A DNA stretch of 64,000 nt from Lama glama (Eukaryota): NCBI GenBank assembly GCA_028534125.1, contig CM052816.1, positions 87,918,001 through 87,982,000 on the forward strand, written 5' to 3'. The notes beneath the pieces were generated by a model. It saw only the letters and a program-made list of their open reading frames with translations, was not told where the DNA came from and did no database searches. How positions within the stretch are numbered: position 1 is the first letter of the stretch; each line of letters starts with the position of its first letter. Position numbers and translations under genes: made by a program. Shown piece after piece: positions 12,421 to 25,790 of this stretch.

Positions 12421-12686
12421 CCTTTTCAAACTAGCCATCCTTCCTGTATTAGACCAGAGCACAAAAATAAGCCATTAAGCACCCTCTGTTCTAGTGACTG
12501 TCATGCAGTGACCTCCTTAACTACTGATTCCCTAATTTTTTTGGGGGGGGAGTGGCATGTTTCTGATTTTTCAACTGCTTTTTTGGTCCTTTCAGTTTAA
12601 TGGCATTGCAGAATGCCTTTCGGCTTTCTGAATTTTTAATGTTCAACTTGAATTTCAGTCAGTTCTGCTTTGCTCAGCTGACTTAC

Positions 12687-12761
12687 CTTGTCCTGTGGGT
12701 TTGAGTAAGAGTCTCCCTGCTGACTCTCCGCAGTGCTGACAGGGTAGCCGCTTCCTTCCCA
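12687..12761 (-). other. Candidate 75-nt internal exon of an unidentified transcript
   Basis: Minus strand: branch-like ctcat, polypyrimidine acceptor gtcccttcttgtccctgcag|, donor caag|gtaagt. No stop codon in any frame. Peptide not recognised. Confidence 0.35.
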
Positions 12762-12939
12762 CTGCAGGGACAAGAAGGGACCTTGGTGATGAGCATCATA
12801 AATGCAAAATACAATTGAAATATGTGTGTTTCATTGAATTTCGTAAGAGAAAGACACTCACCTTCCCTGCTTTCCGATCTAGCTAGCAACACAGTGCTGT
12901 TCTCTTTTCCAACCCAAAATGTTTAAAGAATAGTTTGTG

Positions 12940-13660
12940 GTCTAACTTCTGGTGCCTTCTGTCCCATTTACTTTTCAACCCAACTAGCTTCATTTCTCTC
13001 TCAACTGCAGTAGGGATACACTGGATAATCCCGGAAGGCAATTCTAATCACCAAATGTTGCAGACAGTGTTGTGTCTAGGCCACATCTTGATTCACCACT
13101 TTCTTCTCAAATGCCTCACCTTGTTTACTTCTCAGTACCCGGCTCTCTTCTTGTTTTCTTTCTACACCTGTAGTCATTTCTTATTCATTTCCTTGGGCTC
13201 AAAGCCCTCCTTTTTCCTAAAATGTGAGTATCCCCATGGCTCAGTCTCTCTGTGTTCTCAGCACATCCACGGCTTTATCTGCTACCTGATCCTGTGACTC
13301 CCAAATTGGTTTCACCAGAGGACTGCTCTCTTTGAACAATATGTTTTTATCTCCATATCCTTCTTGCCTTCTCTCTGTCAAACCACTGAAGTTCAGCCTT
13401 TGTAAAATGTACCTAAGAATTCTGCTCCTTCTCCTCCACATCTGATTACAGTTTATAAGGCCAATCGTTTGCTCTGGTGGCTTGCCTTTTCTCTGGTCCA
13501 GCTCAGCCAGTGAGAGAAAAGCTGTGCATTAATCTCATAAATATTCCTCAGTTTCACCTTCTCCTCTTTAATCAAATTGCTATTGCCTAAGTCAGTATCC
13601 TCCAGTCAGGCAAGAGACTGGACTATTAAAATAACCTCCTAACAAATTCTCCTATTTTTA
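12940..13660 (+). mobile_element. L2 LINE fragment
   Basis: Pyrimidine-rich L2 ORF2-derived sequence (gattcaccactttcttctcaaatgcc...cctaaaatgtgagtatccccatggctcagtc...gactcccaaattg). Confidence 0.7.
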
Positions 13661-13879
13661 GAATACCCTCACTCCTTCAGTTTCTCTTATTTTCCTGCTG
13701 TGTATAATTTTGAGGAACAAAAAACTTAACCTCATTCCCACCCTCCCCTGCACAATCTCCAATACCTTTCAGTACAATGGAGTAAATATTCATTCTTTCA
13801 GGTGGGGATTTCTGGAGACTGAAATATCTACCAGGCCAGGACGGAAGAAACTGTGGTGACACTCAAGCTGCCCTTACAG

Positions 13880-15320
13880 GGTGACTGAGAGGAACCTTAA
13901 GCAAATAACCTATCAAATAAATGTAAAATTACAGCCTAATTTGTGTTAAAAGCGTATAGTGAAGTGACCTGAGGAGTCTGGGAAGTCAGGCAAGGAGACT
14001 TTAAGTAGAAAACTGAAGAGTGATAAAAGCTAGGCTAGAAGAAGAAAAACATCAAATAGAAGAAATGAATTGAACAAAAGTTCCTTAAATAGGGAGAGGC
14101 TCAGAATATTTAAAGAAGTGAAAGGCCAGCACGTGAACACAAAGGACAAATATATGATCATAACTGATTATTCAGGGCTTGTAAAAATCGTAAGTCTGAT
14201 CTTCATCCTAAGTTCAGAGGAAATCAATTGAAGGGTTCAAGGGTAGAGGGAAAGGTGATATGCTTAGAAAACAAATTGGAAGAGACCAAGGTGGTTGTGG
14301 GGAGACCGAAAAAAGGTATTGACAGGAGATAAAGATAGTGTGGGATTTGAGGCTTAAAACGATTACAAAGAGAAGCAGCAAAACTTAAGGGATAGTTTAG
14401 AAGCAGATTCTTAATTTGTGCCTCAGCGTTTTAAGGTACTTGTTAATGGACTGACTGGAGGAAGAGAAGAATGAAAGAGAGGGAGACACTAAGGAAGACT
14501 CCTGGCTGTCTGACATGCAGAAATGGATGAATGTAGATACCATTCTTTGAAAACAGGGACTAAGGGAAAAGGCAGGTCTTGGAGGGAGAAACAAGGTCAT
14601 GTGATAATATCTGCTTTTGTGTACGTTGGATTTAACGTGCCTGCACAACATAAAATATGATGATGCTAAAGAATATATGGGAACAGCTGAATTTATGGCA
14701 TAAAACTGACAATTTTATGCCGTACATAAACGTGTAAATAAAACCTAGATTAAAATGTAAATTTTGGAGACATTGGCACACAAATGATCATTAGCACTCT
14801 AGGTGTAAATGTGATTCTATGGGGAAAGAATATCAAAGGGGAGAAAGCCAAAGATGAGTTATCAAGAATTCCGTCACTTAAGGTCTGTACAGAAGATGAT
14901 AAGCCTAAGAAGACTGCAAAGGCAGGAGGGAGAAGAATGAAATAGGGAAAGACAGGAGTGTCCTGTGAAAAATGGAAGAGGAAGTTTCAAGGGGAAGGGA
15001 GAGATCAAGTATCTTTAGGGGTGTGAGTCCAAAAAAGCCAGCCAGTGTTTACTAGATTTGGAGCTGCATGGATGACCTTATCAACAACTTTTGTAAGTAA
15101 TAGGAATCTGAAGTTGAATTAGGAAAATTGGAGCATGTTAGTGAGATAGAAAGTAGATGGAGATTCAGACAGTGCATGATGCTTCTTGATAATTTTGCCT
15201 GCCAGGGAGAAGAGAGGATGATGTACTATCCATCAGAAAGTCTGTTTGTTTATGTATTTGAATGACTTGAATGGGTTTTCAACCCAGAGAAAAGATTTGG
15301 TTAAGAAATCAGGGTCAAAT
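13880..15320 (-). mobile_element. L2 LINE fragment
   Basis: gaatgaaagagagggagacactaaggaagactcctggctgtctgacatgcagaaatggatgaatgtagataccattctttgaaaacaggg and flanking antisense L2 motifs. Confidence 0.8.
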
Positions 15321-16834
15321 ATGTAAAAAGGAGAAAATGTAATTCAAGGTGCCTCAAGTTATGTGTCATTAGATGTCTAACAAAAAATTAAACCCCATAA
15401 AGGCAAAACAACCAGCTCTAAAGCAGTAAAATATGTTGTAGATTCTGTGGGTAATTGAGGCGTATGTCCTAAAAATCATTCCAATTCAAAAAATTAAATT
15501 TTCCATCAAGTATTAAAAACTTCAGTGAAAGAATTGTCTTACATAGGACAACAGATGATTCATCTACCACAAAAGGAATTTTTTTTTTTAAAACAAGCTC
15601 ATTGTAGATTTAGATGAACTTGTATGTTTGGGGAAGAAAGGTGAGGTAGTTCCTAAAATATAGATCTAAATTTTTCCACCAAGTAGATGAGAATGTCACC
15701 TCCTGGAAGTATAGCTAAAAGAAGTATTCAGAAAAGTGAGTGACTATAGGGTGGTTTAGGTAGAAAAAGTAGCAAGATTAAGCCATCAAATAATGGAGAT
15801 TCTAGGTTATTTCTTGTGTCATCCATATACATAATAGATGTTATGGGAGAGAGAAAATCTCTGAGATTCCAAGTTCCTTGAGAAACGATGGAAGTAAGAT
15901 TCAATGTCTTTAACATAACCCATCCTCAGTTATCTTTCTGGTTTGGGCTCACTGTCTTTCAAGACAGGCTTCCCACACAAGAACCACAGTTGCTCTGTCT
16001 GTACCTTGAATTTCCCTCCTCAGTTTACACGTGTTAGTTTCTTCCTCTGCTTGATAATACCTGTCCACTCAGTTTGTTTGGGCAACTAATGCTACTCATC
16101 CTTTAAGATGCAGATGACAGAATTATCGCACTCTTAACACTTTCATGTCTCTAAAGTCTAGGACTTTGGAGGTATTCAGTTAATAGATGGAAGGGAAATT
16201 TTGATCAGTCATTTAATTTAGGTGTGAATTTATTTTGAATTTGTTTATGATGTCTGTGTTTAATTCTGCAGCACTCTTGATTTTTAGCCGGTGGGAATGA
16301 TCAAATTTAAAAACATTTTTAAAACATTCTAATACATAGGACTTTTATACCATAACTTATCAAGTTTTTTTTTAACTTCTAACTGAATAACAATCTTTCT
16401 AATGTACTGCATTTTAGAAAATTTTAATTTGAATTTTAGATTTGTATTAAAATAATTAACTTCTGAACCATTTCATTTGTCTTCTAACTTTAAGATAATG
16501 AGCAAAATATCATAGTCTATATTTAATTTCAATTAAATACTTTTAAGGCAAATTCCAAAAAGCTTTAAGTCTTTTCTATTTATAGTACTAAATCTTTTCT
16601 TATTGGGAAAATGCAATTAATCTGCTTCAAAAAACACTCTATAAGATGTCATAAACCCATATTTGATAGCAACACAAATAATCACATTCAAATTAGTTTT
16701 GTTTCCTTACATTCATTATCCTCAGAGGAAAACAACATGAGGAACAGATGTCCAAGCACAGAGAGGTGAATTCCACTTTGTAGTGATGAATGCACAGTGA
16801 TGAATGCTACACTCATCATCGGTTTCCCTATTGC

Positions 16835-17030
16835 CATGATTTATTGACTGTCTAATATGTGCTGAGTGCTTCTCTAGGTCCTCAACATTTATGAGATCAT
16901 TTTTAACCCTAAGGAGGGTAGATATTATCACCCTTATATTCCAGATGATGAACTGTGTTTCAAGTGTATACGCTTGAATTTCAACTCAGGTCCATTTGAG
17001 TCTTCACCTCACAATCCTAACCATTGTGCA
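16835..17030 (-). mobile_element. MIR SINE
   Basis: atttattgactgtctaatatgtgctgagtgcttctctagg...ccctaaggagggtagatattatcacccttatattccagatgatgaactg. Confidence 0.8.
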
Positions 17031-17339
17031 AGATTATCTTTTCAGAGTTAAACCATTAAAGAGGTTTTCAAATGGAAATAATTTTACTGCATTTGTTGTT
17101 ATCAAAATGTGTAATCTACTCATTAAATCAAATTTGAAGTAGATATGCATAAACTAGAGAAAGAAAGATCCTTTCACCCCCAAATCATAATATTAAGGTT
17201 TTCTTTTCTATTTTCCAGTCTTCTTTTGGTATGAAAGACCCACAAAACAACATAGATTGTTTCTCGGTATTGTGGAGTTAAAACAATTCGTAATACACAA
17301 AGTTTGGAGTACTTGGGAGCAAAGGGCACCCCCATGGAC

Positions 17340-17560
17340 TTATCAGTAAGAGTAGGAGTTGGTACAGACTTTCAGAATGGCAACCTGACAATGTGTGTTA
17401 AATGCTAACAGCAAGTATCCAGCAATCTCAGCTTCTAAACATTTAATTATAGAAATAATCAGAAAAAGATACAAAGATGTATGAATGAGATGTTCATTTC
17501 ATTTCAGTATTGTTTTTAACAGGAAAAAAAGTGGTTTTAAACACCAGAAAAGTAGATATT
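17340..17560 (+). mobile_element. Old L1ME-type fragment
   Basis: gttggtacagactttcagaatggcaacctgacaatgtgtgttaaa...ccagcaatctcagcttctaaacattt...acaaagatgtatgaatgagatgttcat. Confidence 0.65.
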
Positions 17561-18752
17561 AAAAATAAATTTCCTGCAAAAGTATTGCTATTTATATATA
17601 TATACATATTTATAATTCTGTGGATAAATAATATCCTTTAAGCAATAATTATCACAGTAATCCAAGGAAGGCTCTAATGAGCATATGAATAAGTTAATGA
17701 TATCTCAGGATATTCATGGTCTTTGAGTTGAGTCCACTCTCCTATGGATAATTCCTCATTTGGACTAGTGGGGTAAAGGTAGCCATCTGGAGAAGTTTAA
17801 CTTTGATATCTAGTTTGAAATATTAATAAAAGTTAGCCAGAAAAAGGGAGAGGTGTTAAAATTCTGCTAGGCAGAGAGGCCTGACCAATTAAACCTATAG
17901 CAGTGAAAGAAAGCCTTAAATATTTATAATTATGTTTTGGTGTCCTGAATATTTTGGTGTCTGGAGCATGCCGGGGAGGCAAACCCAAGCAGAAAGATAT
18001 AGCTGGAAAAGTGTATAGGAGTCAAAGTATTTTCTTTATTTCACTGTCAGTAGTGATACCAACATCTCCTATTGCCTGCTTTAGCTTTATTTAAATGCAA
18101 TAAAGTGTTATGTTATTCTTGGAATTAAGAGTTGACAGAGCTATGTTTATTAATGCTAGCTGCTTTTTGTCAGTTCAAATGATCTCTCTGTTCTATGTAA
18201 AACCTTACAAAGAGTTGGGAAGGCTAAGAGAGAAAATTCTAGATACTGTTTTTAGAGAAAAGAACACGGGACACAACCTGTCTGTGGGTTGTGTGTCTGT
18301 GTAAGTGTCTGGCTACCTGGTACGTGGCAGGTTCTCGTCAGCTTTTCACAGTCTCTCAGAGCAGGTTTGCTGTCAGGTAGTGGTCACGATGGCTGTAATT
18401 CGGCCCTGTGTGTGATTAATTTCTAAACACAGAAATCAATCTGTATGTAGCTTTAATAACCTCCAAAGCTACATACAGTTGCCACAGAAAAGTAACTCCA
18501 TGTTAAAGTCTATGCTTAAATATGGATTTTCTATAAATAGTTGGACTTCCAAAGAATTCATGGAATTTTCTAGGTTGATACTTTATCTACTTGTTGTGCT
18601 ACATAATTTGAGCATGGATTCACACTCTCTTCTTCTGTGAGGCCACGCTTTTTAAGCAACAAGTTCTACTGGGTGATTCCCACATGCAAATTAGAAGATG
18701 CTCCTTGTTTTTCTCAGTATAGTCTCATTTCATTTAAAAAATAAATACAGTT

Positions 18753-18786
18753 AACAACAACAACAACACATCAACAACAACAACAA
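18753..18786. repeat. (AAC)n imperfect microsatellite
   Basis: Seen directly. Confidence 0.9.
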
Positions 18787-18959
18787 AAGCAAAGCCATTT
18801 CTGTTTAAAAAAGTAGACCCTACAGCAATTATACACAATTTGTTGATTCTGGTGAACTGTGACCTATGAAACATGACCATGTGACATATAAACAGATTAA
18901 TGAATATTTCTTCGGAGCCTATAATCATTTAAGTACAGAGGGTGCACTCATAAACAAAA

Positions 18960-19620
18960 AGTCAAACTTCCTGCAAACAACTAATCAGGTTATAAATTCT
19001 ATAGAGTAAAAATAAAACAGTAAGAGGACAGTGTGAGAATGTGTGCCTGTGTGTGAGATTCAGTGGTGAGAGAAGGCTTCTCTGATTAGGTGGCATTTGA
19101 GTCAAGGCCTGAGAGAAGTAAAAGGACAAAGCATGAAGATGTTTAAGGGACAAGGGCATTCCTGAGAAACAGGGCTGAAGGCTAGTGAGAGAAGCAGGGA
19201 GAGGGGAGTAGCTGGTGAAGTAAAAGAGGCAGAAAACGGTCAGATCCTATCAGGACTGTTTGGATTTCACTCCTAGCAAGAAGAACAGTGTTATTGTCTA
19301 ATTAAATTGCTTCAGCTTCCCTGTGGAAGAGATTTGGTTTGATGAGAGGTAAAGTGGAAGCAGGGAGGCCAAGTGGGATGCAGTCCAGGTTGAAAGTGTT
19401 GATAAACTGGAGTAGGGTATTTATAATGGGAAGATGGAGTCAAATGGAAGCATCAAGAAAATATTTGAGATAGAAACAATTACACCTGTTGTTAGCATGG
19501 ATAAGGAAGGAATAGAAGGTAGCACTTATCATTTGATATGAAGAAACTGGGTTGCTGGTTATTCAGGTGAGGAAGGCAGGAAGAAAGCAAAATATGAGCT
19601 AATGGAACAGATGTCATGTA
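18960..19620 (-). mobile_element. L2 LINE fragment
   Basis: gagaaggcttctctgattaggtggcatttgagtcaaggcctgag...aaagtggaagcagggaggccaagtgggatgcagtccagg. Confidence 0.75.
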
Positions 19621-22019
19621 GAAAATAGGACCATCTGAACATAGCTATTTCAAGAATAAGAATGACTATTCACTAAAATACATTGATTAAGATACTCAAT
19701 ATTAATCAGTAAAATCTTAACTTGAAACATATTTCCAAAAGGGAAAAAAAAGGAAAGAAAACAGTGAAGGAATTCGTATGTCTTTGAATCTTTCATTTAA
19801 CATGAAATACCAATATTTTGATACTATATTTAGATACAAGAATATTGTCCTGTAATATAGGAACCATGAACAGACACAGAAATAGCACCATACAGTTCAT
19901 ATATAAAATAGAATTATATATATGAATAATTATTTGGGGAAAATATGGACGCTGAGAAGTAACACGACTAATATGATCCCCAGTCTCTCAGTAATCCATA
20001 GCGACAGGCTAAGATCAGATACAACTGGACTGGAATCACTGCAGGAAAGGTGCAAATAGAAAGACTCAACCCCTGTAATGGTCTCTGCGTTTTTAGGGGG
20101 AGGGAGCAAAACATCTACGAATTCTGTTATGATTGGTGCTTCCTGGTTGAGGAAGTGGCCCAGTTAAAGGAAGAAAGCTCCGGAGCTCTGCCTCTGGTAT
20201 ATTTTTTTCTTGAGCTAGTTAAGATGAGCTGAGCCAGTTAAAGTCACTGAAAGGGTGAAGGAAATAAACCTCCAGGGGTATCCAGATTTGTCTCTCCTCA
20301 GCCTGATTAGACTTCTTTCTTCCATTGGCATTTTTACTTCCCATTGCAACTTGACCTACATAGATGTCACTTCTACAAATTCCTTTTCAGTAGTATCCCA
20401 TTCAACCTAAAAATTCCTTGTTACATTTTTTTTTTAGTGACTCCATAGCCTCTCCAATTTTAGCTATTAAAATTTACTTTTTTTCTGAGTAAGGAAAACT
20501 TTTTCTTACTGAGGAAAACTTAGACCTAGAAAATAGGGAAAGAAATACATACATATTTTGTTTGTTTCCTCAGGTTTTCCAAATAGTTTTGTACCAATTT
20601 TCCCTTTGATCTTGAACTTCTGTATGCTTCCAGCATTTAACAGAATAACCTAAAAGACAGAAGACACTACAATTTTTTTTGTATTATAAACATATGTTTT
20701 TCCAAAATCTGACAGAGGATAAAAGATTCACTACTTGTGCAGAAAGAAAATTTGGTTGTACATTAGATTTCCCTATTTAATATTATCACATGTGATGAGT
20801 ATCAAAATATGGACAATCTATGAAACCAGGTATAATCAGAGAATCTATTCAGCCTAAGAGAAAGAAATGAGTTTATTTTCTATATAATTCACAAAGGCAA
20901 GGATTTTTGTCTTTTATCTGAAATGTCTAATTGATTGAGAAATAAGCATTAATCATTTAATACATATTTTAATTATTCAATATTTAGTTGAGATGTTCAG
21001 TGTAACTCCAGATAACTAGATATAGACCATTTATGATGATAATATTGTAGAAAGAAGGGAAAACTAATAAAGAAACTAAATAAAGTTATTAAGGCACTGA
21101 GATGCTCCCCAGTGTCTTATATCCATAAAATAGCACATTTATTTTATAGCTAATATAACTTATGATATTTGATTAAAGCTTCCAGAGTTGCAAAGTGGTC
21201 TGACACCAGGTGTACATGTAGTTAAGCATCTACATAAAATGGTTGATTTTTTATTATTAATGACCAGTGTGGGGGGGATTCTTGTTACTTGCAAATCCAT
21301 ATTAATATAGCCTTTTAAAGTGTACTTTGGCTTAATCTTTACTTGTCCCCAAGACAAATGATATTGACTAATTCCAGTAGTTCACTTGATAGAACAGGTA
21401 GAACTCCATCAATATTCATTATGGTCTGAGTTAATCATCCTATTTCTTACCCAGAGCTATGTCAGAACAGATTTTACAATTCATGATTTACATCTGATTT
21501 CTCACTAAATTCTAGACTTGTACTTCTGATAGAAAAGTGGACAGAACTTAATCTCAGTTTTGACAAGCTTTTGGAAATGCCATAGGATCTTGAATAAAAA
21601 TAATTTTGTTATATCAATATTTGCATAAAATGTTAGATACATAGTGATATTTATTGCTTACATATTTTTTGTTTTAATAGTAATTTACTATTAAGTCAAA
21701 TGAAATTTGAAGCAAGTTTATTTTAGTATTTGCATAGTCCCAGGTGCAGAACAAGGTGTTGTCCGTGGTGCTGAAGGACATAAAAAGAAAATGAAGGTAT
21801 ATCCATGTGTTTAGAATAGTGTAATGAAGAAACCACAGGATTTAGTTGAAGTTTAAACCCATTTAAGCTTCAAATCTGTGATGAAACATATTTTTAACTT
21901 CAACTTCCTCAATAGTAGAATGAGGGTAATGTCAATTTTTGAAATAACTACCTCAAATGTTTAGCCAAAGTAAGATAAAATATATTTTGAAAAAATTTAT
22001 AAATTACAGATTGTGACAT

Positions 22020-22290
22020 TAGCACTTCCCTAGTGTATTGCATAGAACATTAACACTGCTATGGGCTCAACAGAAAAAAGAAGTGACTCCTGGTCAAATT
22101 CATTTGGGAAATGAGGTATACTATATTCATTTAACTTGGAGTTGCATATTGCATATTAACTTTTACAGGCTCAACAATTTTGTTTAAAATAGTATTCTCC
22201 AGATTTATTTAACTGAAGTCCTTTATCATATGATACCTATTAGCACTGCAAAAAATTATTGTACCATGGAAAATACTGAGGAAATTATAC
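22020..22290. mobile_element. hAT-Charlie non-autonomous element (MER112-like)
   Basis: Degenerate inverted ends (agcacttccctagtgtattgcatagaaca ... tgtaccatggaaaatactgaggaaa) and the internal motif ggtcaaattcatttgggaaa. Confidence 0.55.
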
Positions 22291-23054
22291 ATTATGTAAA
22301 TGTTAGTTGTGCCTTTATTATTATAGTCTAGTAGGAGTTGCAATATAATTATATGAATAGCTACAGCACACAGCAGACTCTCAGTGCAATAAAATCAGTA
22401 CAAACAATATCTTGCTATTGCATAGAAAGGAAATGTTAACCAATATTGTGAAAATCAAGTAATGCTTCAAAAAATTTGATATAAGTATGACAGAAAGTTA
22501 GACTTAGATTTCCCTTGAGTCCATTCCAGGACTAAGTAAGATATATAGACATGTGTGTTTATACGTATATATTTAGTCTAAATGTATACATACAATATAT
22601 ATGTATAACACTTCACCAAAGTTATGCTGAATAAAAATTTTAAAACCAAAATGTACGTAATATGTTAGAGAGAGAAGAACCTGGAAATGAACAAACAAGT
22701 TAGGTAAAATGTTTTACTTTTCTGTGTATGTTGAAGTCTACATGTTGATAAGATGTCTAGAAGAATGTGCATATCAGACATAAATGTCATTGAGTCTGAT
22801 TATTGAATCTTAGGTACTGTCTGCATTTGAGTTTGAAGAAAGATTGGTTGTGGATCACCCACAGAGTCAGAATTAAGAGAAAATTCAGATCAATGTGGTG
22901 CCACAGAATCTAGTGGACTAAACTTTTCTGCCATTTTGCTATGTAAAACTTGCATAAAGACATGTTTAAAATTAATAGCACTTAAATACATTTATTCTCA
23001 CATTAGGTATACCAAGGGTAGGGGAAAAAAAGGAAGTATATTCAGTAAAATATA

Positions 23055-23375
23055 AGAATAGCAGACTCTATACAATTGTCTACCCAATAGACATCCCACT
23101 TCTACATTGTTAAGAGAATACTAACTGTGTTCAGGAAACCATATTTATTCATGAAGACATGGGATTCAAAGAAAGGTAGTCCAGGCAGAATGTGAAGAAT
23201 ACAGAAGAGAAATGTGGAAAGTATCCATGTGATTGATGATGATTTTGAGATGCTGCATTAAAAATTAAATTAAACCACCTTATATCTGGATTTCAAAACA
23301 TAATTTACTTTATGGTCTTAAACACATTATGTTGGGGTTTTATTTTACTTACAGCCCAAATTATCCTAATGGATA
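23055..23375 (+). mobile_element. MaLR solo LTR relic (MLT1J-like)
   Basis: 5' tgtctacccaatagacatcccacttc...tgtgttcagg; 3' ttaaacacattatgttggggttttattttacttacagcccaaattatcctaatggata. Confidence 0.6.
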
Positions 23376-23769
23376 AAAGATTAGAGAAGAAAATATCTGT
23401 TCCCTTCCCAGATGCTATAAAATAACTTCATATAGCATCAATTTTTTTCTGCATTTAAAATATTTGGAATATCTAAATTTAAAATTACACCAAATTTAAA
23501 AATGCCACTCAAAGAATAGGAAATAAATGGCAGATAGAATATGGAAAGGAAAATGCAGGCTAAATATTTGTAATTCCCACTCTTGCCTTCCTTATACCTC
23601 AGTCCTTCCTTAAGTTTTTGGTCCGCTCTTTCCGGTGGCTCTTTTTGGACTGATTTTGCATAATTTCTCTTCGATGAGATTGATAAGCAGATGATATATA
23701 AGCAAACCCTTCCACCTTCTTGAGCAAAGGGATAAGCAGAAATGTAAATGTAAACATAAGAGGGGCACA

Positions 23770-23985
23770 GTACAATGATGTGGTTAAGCACAGGCGGTCT
23801 GAAGTCAGAGTTCTAAGTGTTGTGCACTGACTCTACCACTTACTAGCTGGGTGACCCTGGGGCAACCATTTAAGTGTCAGCACCCCAGCTTCCCCATATA
23901 AAAACTTAGCAAATGACATTTACAGAATTATTGTTGGGATGAAGCACTTAAAAGAGTGCCTGGCAGATAACGAACACTATTATAT
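23770..23985 (+). mobile_element. MIR SINE
   Basis: gtggttaagcacaggcggtctgaagtcag...actctaccacttactagctgggtgaccctggggcaac...aagcacttaaaagagtgcctggca. Confidence 0.85.
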
Positions 23986-24179
23986 ATGCAACTTAAAAAA
24001 AAACCAACAACAACAACTGTAGAATGCTGTTCTTTGCTTAGCTCATTCAGAAAGTCTAAATGGATTCCAAAGGATATATTTCTAGATCAATATGTAATGC
24101 ACTCATATTGTCAGAGGAAGTAATTTTTCTCATAATCATGGAGCAGTCACTGATATAACACTGAAGCAACATCTTATAA

Positions 24180-24430
24180 TAACAACTCTTAATAGCCACA
24201 TAGTACATTTATTCTAAGTAGCTAGAAGCACTTAACAGACATTATCCAATTAATCATTACAGATTCCTGTGCGGTAGGTCAGAGTTATTATCTCAGTGTT
24301 GGCTGTAACGACACTGTTGTACAGAACCACTGAGCTACTTGCTAAACCTGGATGACTGGTTTAGCATGTAGCCAGGAATAGAAGCAAAGACCTGATTCCC
24401 TGTCAAGGATGCTGTTAAATGGACCATGCT
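24180..24430 (-). mobile_element. MIR SINE (degenerate)
   Basis: gcacttaacagacattatccaattaatcattacagattcctgtgcggtagg...ttattatctcagtgtt. Confidence 0.6.
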
Positions 24431-25554
24431 AGTTTTTGGACTGGATATGCTTAAATTGTTTCTGTCTAAATAATGTGCAAGCGTATCTAATTTTAACTTT
24501 TAAAGCTAGCAAGAATATGTGTGCATTTACCTCTGACAGCACCTATTTTTAAGTATATATCTACTAACATTTTGATTTGAGATTCTTATGAATTTTAAGA
24601 CCTTAGACTGCTGCTTAATTAAAATTTTGATTAACTGTAGCTACCCACAATAATTACAATAAGATAAATGTTGATTTTTATGGTTCAATCAAATTGAAGG
24701 TTAGAAAAAAAATCTTACTTTTAAGGTTATCGTTATGGCAAGGAATGTGCCACCAGTTCTCAGATTCAGTGAACTGGTGGTTCTATTGCCAGAAAATGAG
24801 TTGTACAATAAACTAGATATATTTCTTTAATGCAGAAAAGTCAGTTCAGGAGTGGATTGAAGAGAATAATGTTTTGGTGGAAAGCAAGTATATATATTTG
24901 TATTCCTCATTTTACTTACCACCTCTTACTTATTTAACTTTGAACACAGAACACAAACTCTCCTAGCTCAAATTTAGTCACTTATTTCATTGAGGTCAGT
25001 TATACCTACAACTTAGAATTGCTGTGAGCCTTAAAAAATGTCAAAGAAGTACAACTGCCTAAAAGAATAAGACATTCAGCAAATGTCAGTAAAATGGAAT
25101 GTGGAAAGTCAATTGAATCATTCAACATAATCTATTTCCCAAAACTGATATCCCTAGAAAATCAGAAAAACTTCAAATTTCTGACTCCTTTTTACTTTTG
25201 GATGTTAATGCCCTCAATGAAATATCTTTAAAAAAAAAAGCAGGGGTCTATTATATCCTTCAACCCCAACAAACAACACTTGTACTATTGTTTTGTGACA
25301 CTTAGGTTTCTGCCCTTATACATATCTTGTTCAGGTATGTATTTTACCCATTCAGAATTTACTGTGTGTTAACTTTTGAAAAAAGATACGAATAAGTTCA
25401 GTAACCCAATGATTATAATGGCAAATAAAAGCTTAGTGAGTTATTCCCATCAAACCTATTTTTAGTAAATAGTAAAGTTATACAACAACAAAAAATAAAA
25501 CCCTCATAGAAATATGAAAGCACTGAAGATGGGCTGATGGAAGAGATACATTAA

Positions 25555-25790
25555 TGAGAAAAAAGGTATGTTTTCAGTACCCGTGGCTCTGAAGTTGAAT
25601 CCCAAACATACTACTTCCCAAATCTATGACAGCAATCAGTTTACTTTACTTTTTAGAACTCCAGTTTACTTATGTATAAACCAAAAATAACTTAGATTAA
25701 CATGTGACAGAGAAAATAAAATGAGCTGTTAAATATAAAGCAGTTAACATTGTGCTTAGACAGTAATGTTCATTCGACAATCATTTCTTT
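25555..25790 (+). mobile_element. MIR SINE (degenerate)
   Basis: gttgaatcccaaacatactacttccc...ctccagtttacttatgtataaa...taaagcagttaacattgtgcttagacagtaatgttcattcg. Confidence 0.55.
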
